From positions 22,756,001 to 22,820,000 of the forward strand of contig CM075988.1 of assembly GCA_038087875.1 (NCBI GenBank): a stretch of DNA of 64,000 nt. The letters are read 5' to 3'. Below are positions 25,201 to 36,777 of this stretch, one piece after another (within the stretch, counting starts at the first letter, position 1; the number at the start of each line of letters is the position of its first letter). Below the pieces are notes generated by a model. That model did no database searches and had not been told where the DNA came from. It saw only the letters and a list, made by a program, of their open reading frames with translations. The stretch is from Malacoraja senta (lineage: Eukaryota). Made by a program: the position numbers and the translations under genes.

Positions 25201-27098
25201 GAGAGGTTTGATGGTGGCCTCGATACTTGTTCATCTCTTTGTAGATTGCTGACAAGCAACATGTGCCCAACACTGGTGGTTCTAAAGTGCAAAATTAATA
25301 TCTGTATGGCACCTTATTACATCTGTGAATGCCCCAAGGTACATACATTAAAGTGCATTTTTACACTGTAAACAATGAATTAATGACTTGAAAGACACAA
25401 AATGACGGAGTAACCCAGAGGGTCAGGCAGCATCCCTGAAGAACATGTATAGGTGATGTTTTGGGGCAGTAAACGACTTGATATATGTGATGGAGGAATA
25501 TTGGCAAGGACATCAGGTGTTTCTCAAATTGTCCACAAGTCAATATGCACCCAAACTTGTTGGAAGAGCTTCAGTATAATTACCAAATGTGTGTGTAATC
25601 ATCTGCACCACTTGGTCAATATTTAGCTACTCTGGTCTTGCAGTATAGGGGAATTGAATGAGTGTGTCAAGCAAATCAGTTTTAATTTGCATCAAAGGTC
25701 CATTCTTTTGATATTCCTTTCCATTTATTCAGCAATACTTAGCTTGAGAGTTAATATCACTGTGGAAAATATTGGAGCAACTAAAAGAAAATAATCTTGC
25801 CCCTTTTTTGGAGAAACTATACAATCATGATGCCAAAGCAGATATTTAAAATCTTGTCAGCCATAGTGAAACAGTAGATTTTATTGGCATAATGTAATAA
25901 TGTTATGATAAATGTACTGTGGCAGTGCATTCTTCAGAGCAAAATTAATAACAGGCATCTAATATCAGGACAGTTAGACGTACTATGGTTTGTTTTATAT
26001 TTGCTTTATATTGTGTTGGATTGGATTATTATACATTTCTATTGCAGAATAAGAATATGACTAAAGAATTATCAAAAGATGCTGAGACTAAAAAATTGAA
26101 AATGTTAACATTTGTAATTTCTATAGGAGATGATTTCATGGCTTAAAAGATAATTATATTTGGCAGTAATATTTTGATCAGTAACAAAAACTGATAAAAT
26201 GAAGCTTCCAAGCCGTTGACCTTTATTCCTATTTTAAAAAGAAGATAAAGGTAATCAGAGGTGACAACTATTACTATTTTTGTAGGATGCTGTGCTGCAA
26301 TTTTGAATCAACATCGTACACACCTCAATATAATTATCCTTTTTGAGATGAAACAAACAGATTGGTGTTTAAAAGCTTAGGTTTTATAGAAATATAAATG
26401 TTGAAATGAAGTATTTTGACAGACACTTACATACCTTGCATACCTTGGTTGTTTAATTGTTTTAAAGTTATCTGGAGCGAATTGATTTCCCTCTTTGTTT
26501 TTTATCCTGTGCAGTTTTATTGCAGTTCTTTGCGAGTGTGTGGGAAGTTGCTATGTACAAATTGGCCAATCTTTTTTTTACATTATCACAGTGTTCACCT
26601 TAAAAATATTGACCAATGGGCATTTTGGAACATTATGGAATGCACTACATTAAAGCATGTTCCATTTCGCAGGGAAAAAAGGCATGCAATTGTGCCTGTA
26701 CGTTTTTTGCGTTCTTTATTAGTTTCAAAGGTCAGTTTATTGTCATGTGTACCAATTAAGGTACAGTGAAACTCAAATTTAGTTTCAGTGACTATCAGTG
26801 ATCTGGAATGATTTATTTGGTAGAAAAATGTTCTGAGTGAATTGAAATTGTTATTTTTATTAAAAAGGACTGAAAGATTTAATAGTTCTCATGATAGTGC
26901 AATTACATTATTTCATTTTTGGTGTATTAATCTGCATGTGATATTATTTGGTGCTTTGTCCTGCCATAGTGATTTATTAGATCTTAAATTTCACATCTAA
27001 CATGCAAGAACAAAACATAAAGTTGGAATGTTGGAAAATTATATATATTTGTTTATTCAGAAACGATGCCCTAAAATAGGAGTCTTAGATATTTTTTT

Positions 27099-27341
27099 GA
27101 TACAAATACATCTATAGATGCTCCTGAACACATCATCAGTGATGTAACCTGGGGGTCATTGGGTGTTTCGGGTCTTTCAACATCAGACACCCTCACCCAG
27201 GCGACCCAGCCGTGGTTGTTCAGACCACGACTTGTGTTCAGGTGGCATTCGCTCCTCCCCATAGATCTTCTCTCCTGATCCAGAGCCATCTCGAGGCCTT
27301 CTCCGCTGCCTCTGTGGTGTTCTTGATGGCCCTTCTCCTCT
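27099..27341 (-). mobile_element. 3' end of a HERO-like (restriction-like endonuclease) non-LTR retrotransposon
   Basis: Minus strand encodes RRRAIKNTTEAAEKASRWLWIRREDLWGGANAT* (stop at 27238-27240), which I recognise as a HERO-type C-terminus. A structured 3' UTR follows. Confidence 0.7.
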
Positions 27342-28261
27342 GACTAAAGTGTGTATATTTCCATTTTATTTATAGCCGGTGTGGGCAAGTTGGGCCGAAG
27401 GGCCTGTTTCCACGCTGCATCACTCTATGACTCAAATGTGGCAAATTCGGAATGTACAATTGCTTGTACAGAAGGTAACACATGTTATTGATTGAAAGGT
27501 TCAGCAAGGAAACAGGCCCTTAGGCCCACCGAGTCCACACCGACTATGGATCAGTCATTCACACTAGTTCTGGGTGTTCCCATTTTCGCATCCCCTTCCT
27601 ACACACTATTGACAACCTATAATGGCCTATTAACCTACTGTGTCGAGGTGACTATTTGCAACATAGTAAATCCATATATTTGTATGAGCACCCTGTGGTA
27701 TTTTTTTTCTTGACCCAGGTACATCAGCTTGGTTTCTGTGATTCTCGTATTCTTCTATTAACTTCATCTGATTCATATGTGTATTTCATGTTATGGATGT
27801 AGAGAAGGTGCAACTCGGCTATAAAACTTTTGAATGTGATGCATTCCATGATGCAAGAGAATCTTTTGATTAGAAGTAACAGAGACAACTCACCTAACTA
27901 TTGTTTTACTGTAAAAATCGGCAGAACATAAAGGCATTTGGCGACATCGAGATTTACTTTGGCATTTGCAATGATGCGTTAAACAGTCACTGCACAATAT
28001 GATTGCTTTGGCCAAAGGCCCGATGCATAGTGGTTCAATGGTGCTCGAGGCTTATGGTGTGGTCCACGACTGCATTAGTCTTTAAAAATGTGCAAAGGAA
28101 ACCAGGTTAAATCTACAAAATTGTCGGGAATTTTGGGCGAGAATGCACTAGATGACATTGGGATCATAGGTTAAGCAGACAGAATGGGTTGCGAGTTGTT
28201 TGCTGGCCATTTGTAGTGATGTTGGTGGGGAGATGGAGATGGAGAAGGAGGCAGGATTGAA

Positions 28262-31065
28262 GGATAGACACAAGGAACTGCAAATGCTGATTTAGACAAC
28301 TTTTCTGGAGCACATGGATAGGCAATATTTTGGGTCTGGACCCTTCTTCAGACTGATTGAAGTAGTGGGAGAGGAAGTTGGAGAGAGATGGGGCAGGACA
28401 AAGTTTGGCAAGTGATCGGCGGATACAGGTGAGGGGACGGGGTGTTGGATTGGCAGATGATGGGCAAATGCCAGAGATGAAAAGGCAAAAAGTGTGAGAT
28501 GGGAGACAAGGATAGAAGATGTGCAAAATGTGAAGCCAGAGGAAGGAATATAGGTGGCGGTTGGGGGAAAGGGAGAAATGGGTGCAAATTGAATTGAATT
28601 GAATAAATGTTATTAGCAAAGTATATGTATACATTCAATTCAATTCAATTCAATTCAATTCCTTTATTGTCATCTTGCAAGCAACAGTTGTGCAGTGCAA
28701 AATGAAAAGACGTTTCCCAGGGAATACCGGAGCATCGCACATGACGTTTAAAACATTTCACACATAATAATAATAATAACAACACTAAAACAATCCAGTC
28801 CCTGATGGAACAGTATAAGTTAAAATAGATACAAACAACGTTAAAATACAGTAAGACCAATCATAAACATGTCCAGGGTGGCTGATTTGAGTGGCCAGTG
28901 CCAGTTATTGAAGTGGCCAGTGCCAGTTATTATAGTGTCCGTGCCAAGCCGCAGAATCAGGTGACTGTGAGTACAGAGTGGCTGTTTAGCAGCCTCACAG
29001 CATATGGCAGGAAGCTGTTTAGCAGTCTTGTAGTCCGGGCTTTGATGCTGCGATATCTCTTGCCTGATGGCAGGAGATCCAGGTGTATGTGGAGGGGGTG
29101 CATTTTGTCCTTGGCAATTATTGGGGCTTTTTTCCAACAGCGGCTCAGGAACAGTTCTTGTACCGAGGGTAGGGAGACGCCAATGATCTTCTCTGCTCCC
29201 CTCACTACCCTCTGCAGAGCCTTCCTGTCCGAGCAGTTGCAGGTTGAGTACCACGTATTTAAACAGTACGTGAGTACAGACTCCACCGTACCCCTGTAGA
29301 AAGTCCTGAGGATGTTGGTGGGGAGTGAGGCCTGTTTTAGTTTCCTCAGGAAGTGCAGTCGCTGATGGGCCCTTTTGACGGTCCCAGTGGTGTTTCTGGA
29401 CCAGGTGAGGCTGTCCGTAATTTGCACCCCGAGGAACTTTATGCTCTCCACTCTCTCCACTGTGGCGCCACTGATGTTAAGGGGTGCATGCTTTGGCTGC
29501 GCCCTCCTGAAGTCGACAACCATCTCCTTTGTTTTTTCCACATTTAGTTCTAGATTATTTTTGCCGCACCAGTCCACTAGTTGTTTTACTTCCTCCCTGT
29601 ACATTGATTCATCATCTCCGCTGATGAGTCCCACCACTGTTGTGTCATCCGCGAATTTTATGATCATATTGTCCTTGAATCTGGCCGCACAGTCATGTGT
29701 GAGCAATGTGAACAACAGCGGGCTGAGCACACAGCCTTGAGGGGAGCTCAGCGTGATCGAGCCTGAAGTGTTCTTGTCCACACGGACTGACTGCGGTCTC
29801 TCTGTCAGAAAGTCCAAGATCCAGTGACACAGGGTGGTGTTGAGGCCCCAGCAGGGTTAGTTTCTCCACAAGTCTCTGTGGGATGATGGTGTTGAACGCA
29901 GAGCTGAAGTCAATGTACAGGATTCTAGCGTATGTGTTACTTTTTTCCAGATGTGTGAGCACTGTGTGCAGCGTGGTAGAGATGGTGTCCTCTGTAGAAC
30001 GGTTGGGGCGATAGGCAAACTGGAGGGGGGTCTAACGATGAGGGGAGGCTGGCAGTAATGTGGGGTTTCACCAGGCGTTCAAAAACACTTCATTATTATT
30101 GGGGTCAGGGCGACAGGGCGGTAATCGTTTAGCGAGGCCACAACTGGTTCTTCGATATTGGGATTATTGTACTCGTTTTGAGGCATGTGGGGACAATGGC
30201 TTGACTGAGGGAGATGTTATAGATGTCCGTTAGCACATATGCTAACTCCTCAGCACATTCCTTAAGCACACGTCCTGGGATGTTATCGGGTCCGACTGCT
30301 TTCCACGGGTTGACCTTAGACAGGATTCTCCGTGTGTCCATAGGGTCTATGGTCAGGACTGGCTGGTCGGTTTGTATGCAGGGACTGGCTCTCCCCTTGG
30401 GTGTGGTGTTTGCTGCATCAAAACGAGCGAAGAAAATTACATACAAGCAATTTGCCCTGATGATTTGCTCGCAAGTAACAACACAATATACAGTAGACAA
30501 TTAAAAATAAAACATTATAATTTAAATGTGAAGAATGAAATAAAATTCCCGAGCAAAATGAGACTACAGAGTTTTGGCAGTTGAGTAGAGCTACTGCTCG
30601 TGGAAAAAAAGCTGTTTTTATGTCTGGCTGTGGCGGCTTTGACAGTCCGGAGTCGCCTCCCAGAGGGAAGTGCTTCAAAATGTTTGTGGCCAGGGTGAGA
30701 GGTGTCAGAGATGATCTTACCCGCCCGCTTCCTGGCCCTTGCAGTGTATGCTTCGTTGATGGGGGGGGAAGGTTACAGCCAACCTTCCAGGTGGGGGCTC
30801 TGGTAAAGGGGGCAGGGATGGAAAATGTGTAGGATTTGTGGGTTAGTTACGTAAATTTATGGAATTCAATGTTCATAATGTTGGATTGTAAGCTACCCAA
30901 GTGCTGTTCCTCTAGTTTGCATGTGGTCTCACTCTGGCTATGGAGGCGGCCAAGGACAGAAAGGTCATAATGGGAAGGGGAGTTAAAATGGTTGGCAACC
31001 CAGAGATCCAGCAAGCTTTGGTGAACCGTGTGTAAATGTTTGGTGAAACGGTCGCCTTGTCTATG
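28262..31065 (-). mobile_element. Penelope-like fragment (28262-28586 plus about 30795-31065) hosting two nested Rex1-like LINEs
   Basis: HFNSPSH.DLSVLG..KLEEQHLGSLQ..MNIEF in ORF 30847-31155; the UTR and terminus lie at 28262-28586. Confidence 0.8.
28635..30437 (-). mobile_element. Rex1/Babar-like LINE RT fragment with (TTGAA)n tail
   Basis: [56 protein letters not shown] and [10 protein letters not shown]; several frameshifts; possible TSD TACAT at 28630-28634 and 30438-30442. Confidence 0.9.
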
Positions 31066-31484
31066 GTCTTGAAGAGGGTTGCCTGGTTGTGGAATTATCG
31101 AGTGCCAGCTGAGTGGAATGCATGATGGAATAATAAATAACATAAGAGGACCCAAGTGTCAGGCTGAGGGATCCTTCTTGATCTGTTCAGAGCATGCCTC
31201 ACAGGTGGTATGAGAGCCTGGTTTTACAGGAATGGCATGCACACTGTAAAGCCTACTCTGCTCTGAATTAAATTGTTTTCAGACATATACTGCAATATGT
31301 ATTGGATGCTGCCCTGGGTCTGTGTCTTTTGAGCACTATGTACTTGAATCATAGAAACACACAGCACAGAAAGGGATCCTTCTCATTCACCTCAGCCAAT
31401 GCTTATCAATACTAATCCCATTTGCGTGGATTAGGTCTTATTCCTCTATGCCTATTCAAGTACCTGTTCAAATGCTTTTTGAAT

Positions 31485-31669
31485 TGTTTAAGAAGGAACT
31501 GCAGATGTTGGAAAATCGAAGGTAGACAAAAGTGCTGGAGAACTCAGCGGGTGCAGCAGCATCTATGGAGCGAAGGAAATAGGTAACGTTTCGGGCCGAA
31601 ACGTTACCTATTTCCTTCGCTCCATAGATGCTGCTGCACCCACTGAGTTTCTCCTGCACTTTTGTCCAC
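31485..31669. mobile_element. Palindromic PLE-terminus mini-element with 16-bp TSD
   Basis: Long inverted arms centred on tttcgggccgaaa; flanked by CAAATGCTTTTTGAAT at 31469-31484 and 31670-31685. Confidence 0.85.
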
Positions 31670-32517
31670 CAAATGCTTTTTGAATATTGTTATTGTATTT
31701 TCCTCCACCACCACCTTGTGATAGCTTTTTCCAGAGCTTCACCACCCTCTGTGTGGGGAAAATCCTACCTCTCAGCTCCCCTTTAAATTTCTGCCCTCAC
31801 CTTAAATTGCAGGGCTCGAAATTAGAGGTTGCCCGGGTGCCACTGACCACTCAAAGCGCCGCCGGGCAACCTAAACACCGAGTCATTTTGCCCGGCTTGG
31901 CAACCAGATACTGGTTTGTACCGAAGATAGACACAAAAAACTGGAGTACATCCGTGGGTCAGGCAGCATCTCCGGAGAAAAGGAACACGACGTTTTGTGT
32001 CGGCGGCGGCTGTGCGGGGCATAGATACTAGATGCGGGGTGAGGAAGGGTCGGAGCGAAAGACGGGCTTCGCACAGCAGCAGCAGCAGCTCCATCTGCTC
32101 CTCCCGCCCTGATATGGGCCTCTGCTTGTAAACCCGCTAACGGCGCTTTCAAACAAACTCTCCCGCACTCCGAGGCCGGGAGGAGGGAGGGAGGGGGAGG
32201 CCTCGGCGTGCGGGAGGGTTTGTTTCGAAAGCGCCGTTACCGGATTTACAAGCAGAGGCCCTTATCAGGGCGGGAGGAGGAGCAGATGGAGCCGCTGCTG
32301 CCGCTGTGCGAAGCCCATCATTCGCTTCGACTCGTCTGAAGCAGCTGCACCAAAGATCTTATAGCTATAGGATCTCTGAGCTGCACCGCTCGGCCCCGCA
32401 CCCTGCTGTTGGCTGGCGGAGGAGGGAGGCGGTGGCGAGGAGTTCCCAACGGCCAAGGCAGCGGGGCGATGTTGTCCGAGGAGTGCTGATCTTCCTTCCT
32501 CCCCACCTCGCCCCCCA

Positions 32518-32592
<75 letters not shown>
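32518..32592. repeat. (CT)n microsatellite
   Basis: Seen directly. Confidence 0.95.
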
Positions 32593-32593
<1 letters not shown>

Positions 32594-32619
32594 TGTACGC
32601 CCCCTCCACCCCCTTATCC

Positions 32620-33395
32620 TGGGATCCCTCCACTCCATCCCGCACTGATCCCCATTCCCGTGTCCATTCAGTCCTCACTGAAATCCCCTGTGCTCCCCTC
32701 CCCATCTATTCATCCTGCGCTGATCACCCTATCCACCTCGCATTGATTCTCCTGCCACCCCCCCCCCCCCCCCCCCATCCATCCTACACTGGTTCCCCAA
32801 TACACCCTGTACTTGCCCCTTTCCCATCCATCCATCCTGCACTTCTCCTCCATCCATCCTGTACTGATCCCCCATCCATCCTGCACTAATCCACGCATTC
32901 GTCCCGTACTGACCCACCCTCCATTTACCCTGCACCTTCCCCCCTTCCCCACATTCATCCTGTAGTGATCCCCCATTCATCCTGCACACCCTCCGATCCA
33001 CACTGTACTGACTCCCCCCCCCATTCATCCTGCGCTGATATCCCCCCCCCATCCCATCCATCCTGTACTGATCCTCCCATTCAAGAAGAATGGGCGGAAC
33101 AGTCTGAAGAAGGGTCTCGACCCGAAACGTTGCCTATTCCCTTCACTCCATAGATGCTGCCTCACCCGCTGAGTTTCTCCAGCACTTTTGTCTATCCCCA
33201 TCCATCCCGTACTGAACCCCCACATTCAACACCACTGACATCCCCTGTGCTCTCCCCTCATAATTTTACCTACTCCAACCAACACGTACTAATTCACCTG
33301 CCTCAATCCATCCATTCTGCACCGACTGCCTTCTAATCCCCCACCCCCACCATCTATCCACCCCGCACTGATTCACACACACCCCCTCCCTGACC
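32620..33395. repeat. Degenerate C-rich minisatellite (unit about CCATCCATCCTGTACTGATCCC) inside the hAT-like element; interrupted by a PLE terminus at about 33085-33196
   Basis: Recurring catccatcctg(c/t)actgatcccc units. Confidence 0.8.
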
Positions 33396-34859
33396 CTATT
33401 GTGCTGGAAATGTCTTCAGAGCGAGCATTGACTATGTTTGATAACGGAATGCAATCAAATGTGTTTTAATTCCCAATGTTATTATTTGTTTTAATCCATA
33501 AAGATGGATTAATTAAATTGTGAACACGTGAAACATTAAAACCGCAGTGTATAAACAGATTTATTTAAAATTAGATTTGTGCACAGAGATAAATAATTTA
33601 ATAACTAGTCACTGGTATCTTTAACACATTGAATAGATATTTTTGTTAAATTTTTTTCACCAACATTCCGTGAATTGAAATTCAGTCCATTCAGGGACTC
33701 CATCTGGACAGGATTGAAAATGTTATTCATGCCCAGTTTCAGTTTCTTTAAATCATATTTCAGTGTAGAAAAGGTGCACAATTCATTCAACATTAAAGAT
33801 ACAATATTATTATTGTTAATTGGGCACGACAAATAAATTTGCATGATATACTATGGTAACAAGGTTGTGCAGGAGGATTTTCTAATCACATAAATGTAAA
33901 GAATTGGCTGGCCTTTATTGTAGTCAAGTACAGCAATCATACATAATTCCAGAACTATATGTACGCATATATGTTACCATGGTCCAGGATTTGACACAGG
34001 TTGATCATACGCTGAATAATCCAACCACATTTTTGTTTGGAAGTGGAAAGAACTAATAGAAATTGCATTAATTGCAATGTGTAAAAAGAGTTGAGATACT
34101 GTCTTATAATTTTGCTGCATGTCATTGTGGGATATATCATGTCTTGATTGGTGAATATGTTTAGTTTGTGACTTTATTTGAAGCAGAAATAATATGTGAA
34201 TGCTTCATTGAGTATAATTCCGACTGGTAACTACGCACTTCGTCCGAGCACATTATCGCACGCGTCATGCAAGCCATCTTAAATGACCACCTAAACTGTT
34301 ATTTGGCAATCTAAAAAGCTGCCTAGGTTGCCCGGCTGGCAACAGGGAAAAAAAGTTAAGCGAGAGCCCTGAATTGTGCTGTTTAGTTCTGGACTTCCCG
34401 ACCCTGGGAAATATCTGCCTAATATATGCCCCTCATCATTTTATAAACCTCTTTTAGATTGCTCCTCAGCCTCCTTTAATCCAGTGAGAATAAACCCAGC
34501 CTACCTAAACTCTGCTTATAACTACAGCCCTTTATTCCCGGTACCATTTTAAAATGCATTTAGGAACATACAATGAAAATCATGGACATTCTGATCCCTG
34601 TTGAAAATCCCTGATTTATAAATACGATTTATTTTTCATGGAAATTGTATCGTAGTGTACAAAACCAGGAGCAATGTAATTTGATTTCCAAGTAGTAATT
34701 TATTCCAATGTTTATAAATTAGTAAGCCTTTGGCCTGCATATTTGCTTCCATTCTATCTTTAGTTTGAAATTAATGTAAAGCACAGCGAGTGAATTTGGC
34801 ATCTAGCTACGCTATTGTGCTAAAAGACAGTAATAAGCAATATTTTTGTGAAAATTATA

Positions 34860-35354
34860 AACCAGTTTCATAGTGGTTGAACTCTGCAAGGTGTTGGCCA
34901 AAATCTTTACAGCATTCGTACAAACTTTTATGAAACTGATCAGTTATTTTTAAAAGACCTTGCAATTTTCTGGACCCCAGGAAAGGATTAGGCTTTAGGT
35001 CCCTTCAAGTGGAACCCCAGCAGGCCTTCTTTAAAATCTATTTTTAAGATTGAGGCCAACTTTGTTTCTCAGTCATGTATATGAATTTTAGCGTTTTAGC
35101 TATGGTGTCAAATATGCAATGCATGCATGTAAATGTTGTTGCATGGCAAAAGGTCTTGTGCATTGATTTTTTGGAATGTTCAATTGGTTTTTAATATGTA
35201 TTTTATGTACTTGGCAGTGCTAGAGTGATCAGTTTTATGCTCTAACCAGTTTCATAGTGGTTGAACTCTGCAAGGTGTTGGCCAAAATCTTTACAGCATT
35301 CGTACAAACTTTTATGAAACTGATCAGTTATTTTTAAAAGACCTTGCAATTTTC
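34860..35354 (+). repeat. 111-bp perfect direct repeat (34860-34970 and 35244-35354) flanking a 265-bp copy of 41716-41981
   Basis: Direct sequence comparison. Confidence 0.92.
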
Positions 35355-36777
35355 CACCATGACAACCTCTGCACCATTGTGCACAATACATGGCGAGATG
35401 CCAATCTCTCAAAACTTGGCTTATGCTATGATGGCACAGATCAAGACATTACGGTTCAGCTGGCATGTCCATGGCATTCTCTAAGGAGATCTGATGACAG
35501 GCTGCATGAGATTGTTTTCTGTGGCTGACAGAGAAACATATTTCACAGTGGTCTGTTCAAACAATATTTATTAAAAGGAGACTGATATCAACTTGAATTC
35601 CTGGGAGCAGTTTGCAATATGATGTGACAGAAAGGCATTAACTAACGCTGATCCTACTTTGACAGGCATTACACTGCTGTTGCACAGGAGAAAAGGACAA
35701 ATTACAATAAGTTGTGAATAGGACTGCAAAGCCGTGCCCCTTTTGGGGCTTAAAATGTCTTCTGAAATTAGGATTGTGGTACAGTTTTATTTTAGACTGC
35801 ACGTCTTGCAACAGCATTGAAAAGTATTTATAATCTCGGCATTCTTTTTGAGCGCGATGTCTGGCTTTCTGTGCACCCCTCTTCCATCTCCCTTCCAAAC
35901 TCAGTGGTAGCCATAGAGAACCCCAATTTATGTTGTAGCTGGAAACTAACACAAAACATCTATGTGTATGAATGGTTCTAAACAGTCCGTTTGTGCTTGT
36001 CATGTAGTGAAGCTGGAAGTAAGTTTGACCCATTCTCTTTTAACAGTGAGCTAAAGTAAACTGGAAACCTCCTCAGAAGAACTTGCATTGATCATCCAGA
36101 GAGTTGGGTAATAATTCACTCACCAATTCAGATTCACAAGTGAATTAATGAATTCTAATCCCCCCCCCCATTCCAATTTAAATGGAGTTGTTCTTCAAAT
36201 AAGCAATTTTTTTCACCAGCCAAAAATAAAAATGTATCAATGAAATAAAGTTTATTTACTGAGAATTAACAACCTTTGTTTCACCTATTTGATGCTGCCA
36301 GCAAATGTTAAAGTAAATGTTAATCAAAAACATTTTGTATTATATCATGTGTTTTTGTGGAATTCAGTATCTTCATATTTTAATTGAGTTCCCAGTACCT
36401 TTGACGATATGATAAATAGTCCTGCTGTTTCTGAACCTGTAGTACATTTTTTATTCCTCTCTTTAAATAAATTAAGAAGAGTGTTTGCAGGATTCTAACT
36501 CCAAGATTGTTATATCATGTTAGCCACCTTTTTGGCTGAACTGAAAAGGAAAAATAATTTCTGGTGAACTCCAAGGTTGTTGAGTAGTATTTTACACAAA
36601 AATGGTGATTATTTGGATTTGAAATCTGTTTCCATATAATATTCAGTTCAACATACAATATTGTATGCTTCATTAGATGTTAGTATACAAATACAAATTT
36701 TAGTGTCTGATTTTCTGAAGTTCAGTTAGCAGCATGAACTTTTTCTTGCATATCATCAGTTGAGATTTTGTATTTCT

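Larger units (their letters stand above)
31810..34371. mobile_element. Non-autonomous hAT-like DNA transposon with apparent 5-bp TSD
   Basis: Ends CAGGGCTC...GAGCCCTG; sub-terminal ggttgcccgg/ccgggcaacc motifs at both ends; AATTG on both sides (31805-31809 and 34372-34376). It interrupts a minus-strand CR1 3' fragment. Confidence 0.75.

Noticed and set aside
27160..27192. Hammerhead ribozyme or SECIS in the HERO-like 3' UTR
   Set aside because: CTGATG is not followed by A, there is no proper helix II or cleavage triplet, and the SECIS geometry does not fit. Only the k-turn-like pattern was kept.
32265..33061. ORFs of 88-146 aa (ER-repeat and G/M-rich)
   Set aside because: They are by-products of (CT)n and minisatellite low complexity.
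32620..33395. CRISPR-like repeat array
   Set aside because: The units are degenerate and tandem with no unique spacers, and the context is eukaryotic with no cas genes; it is a minisatellite.
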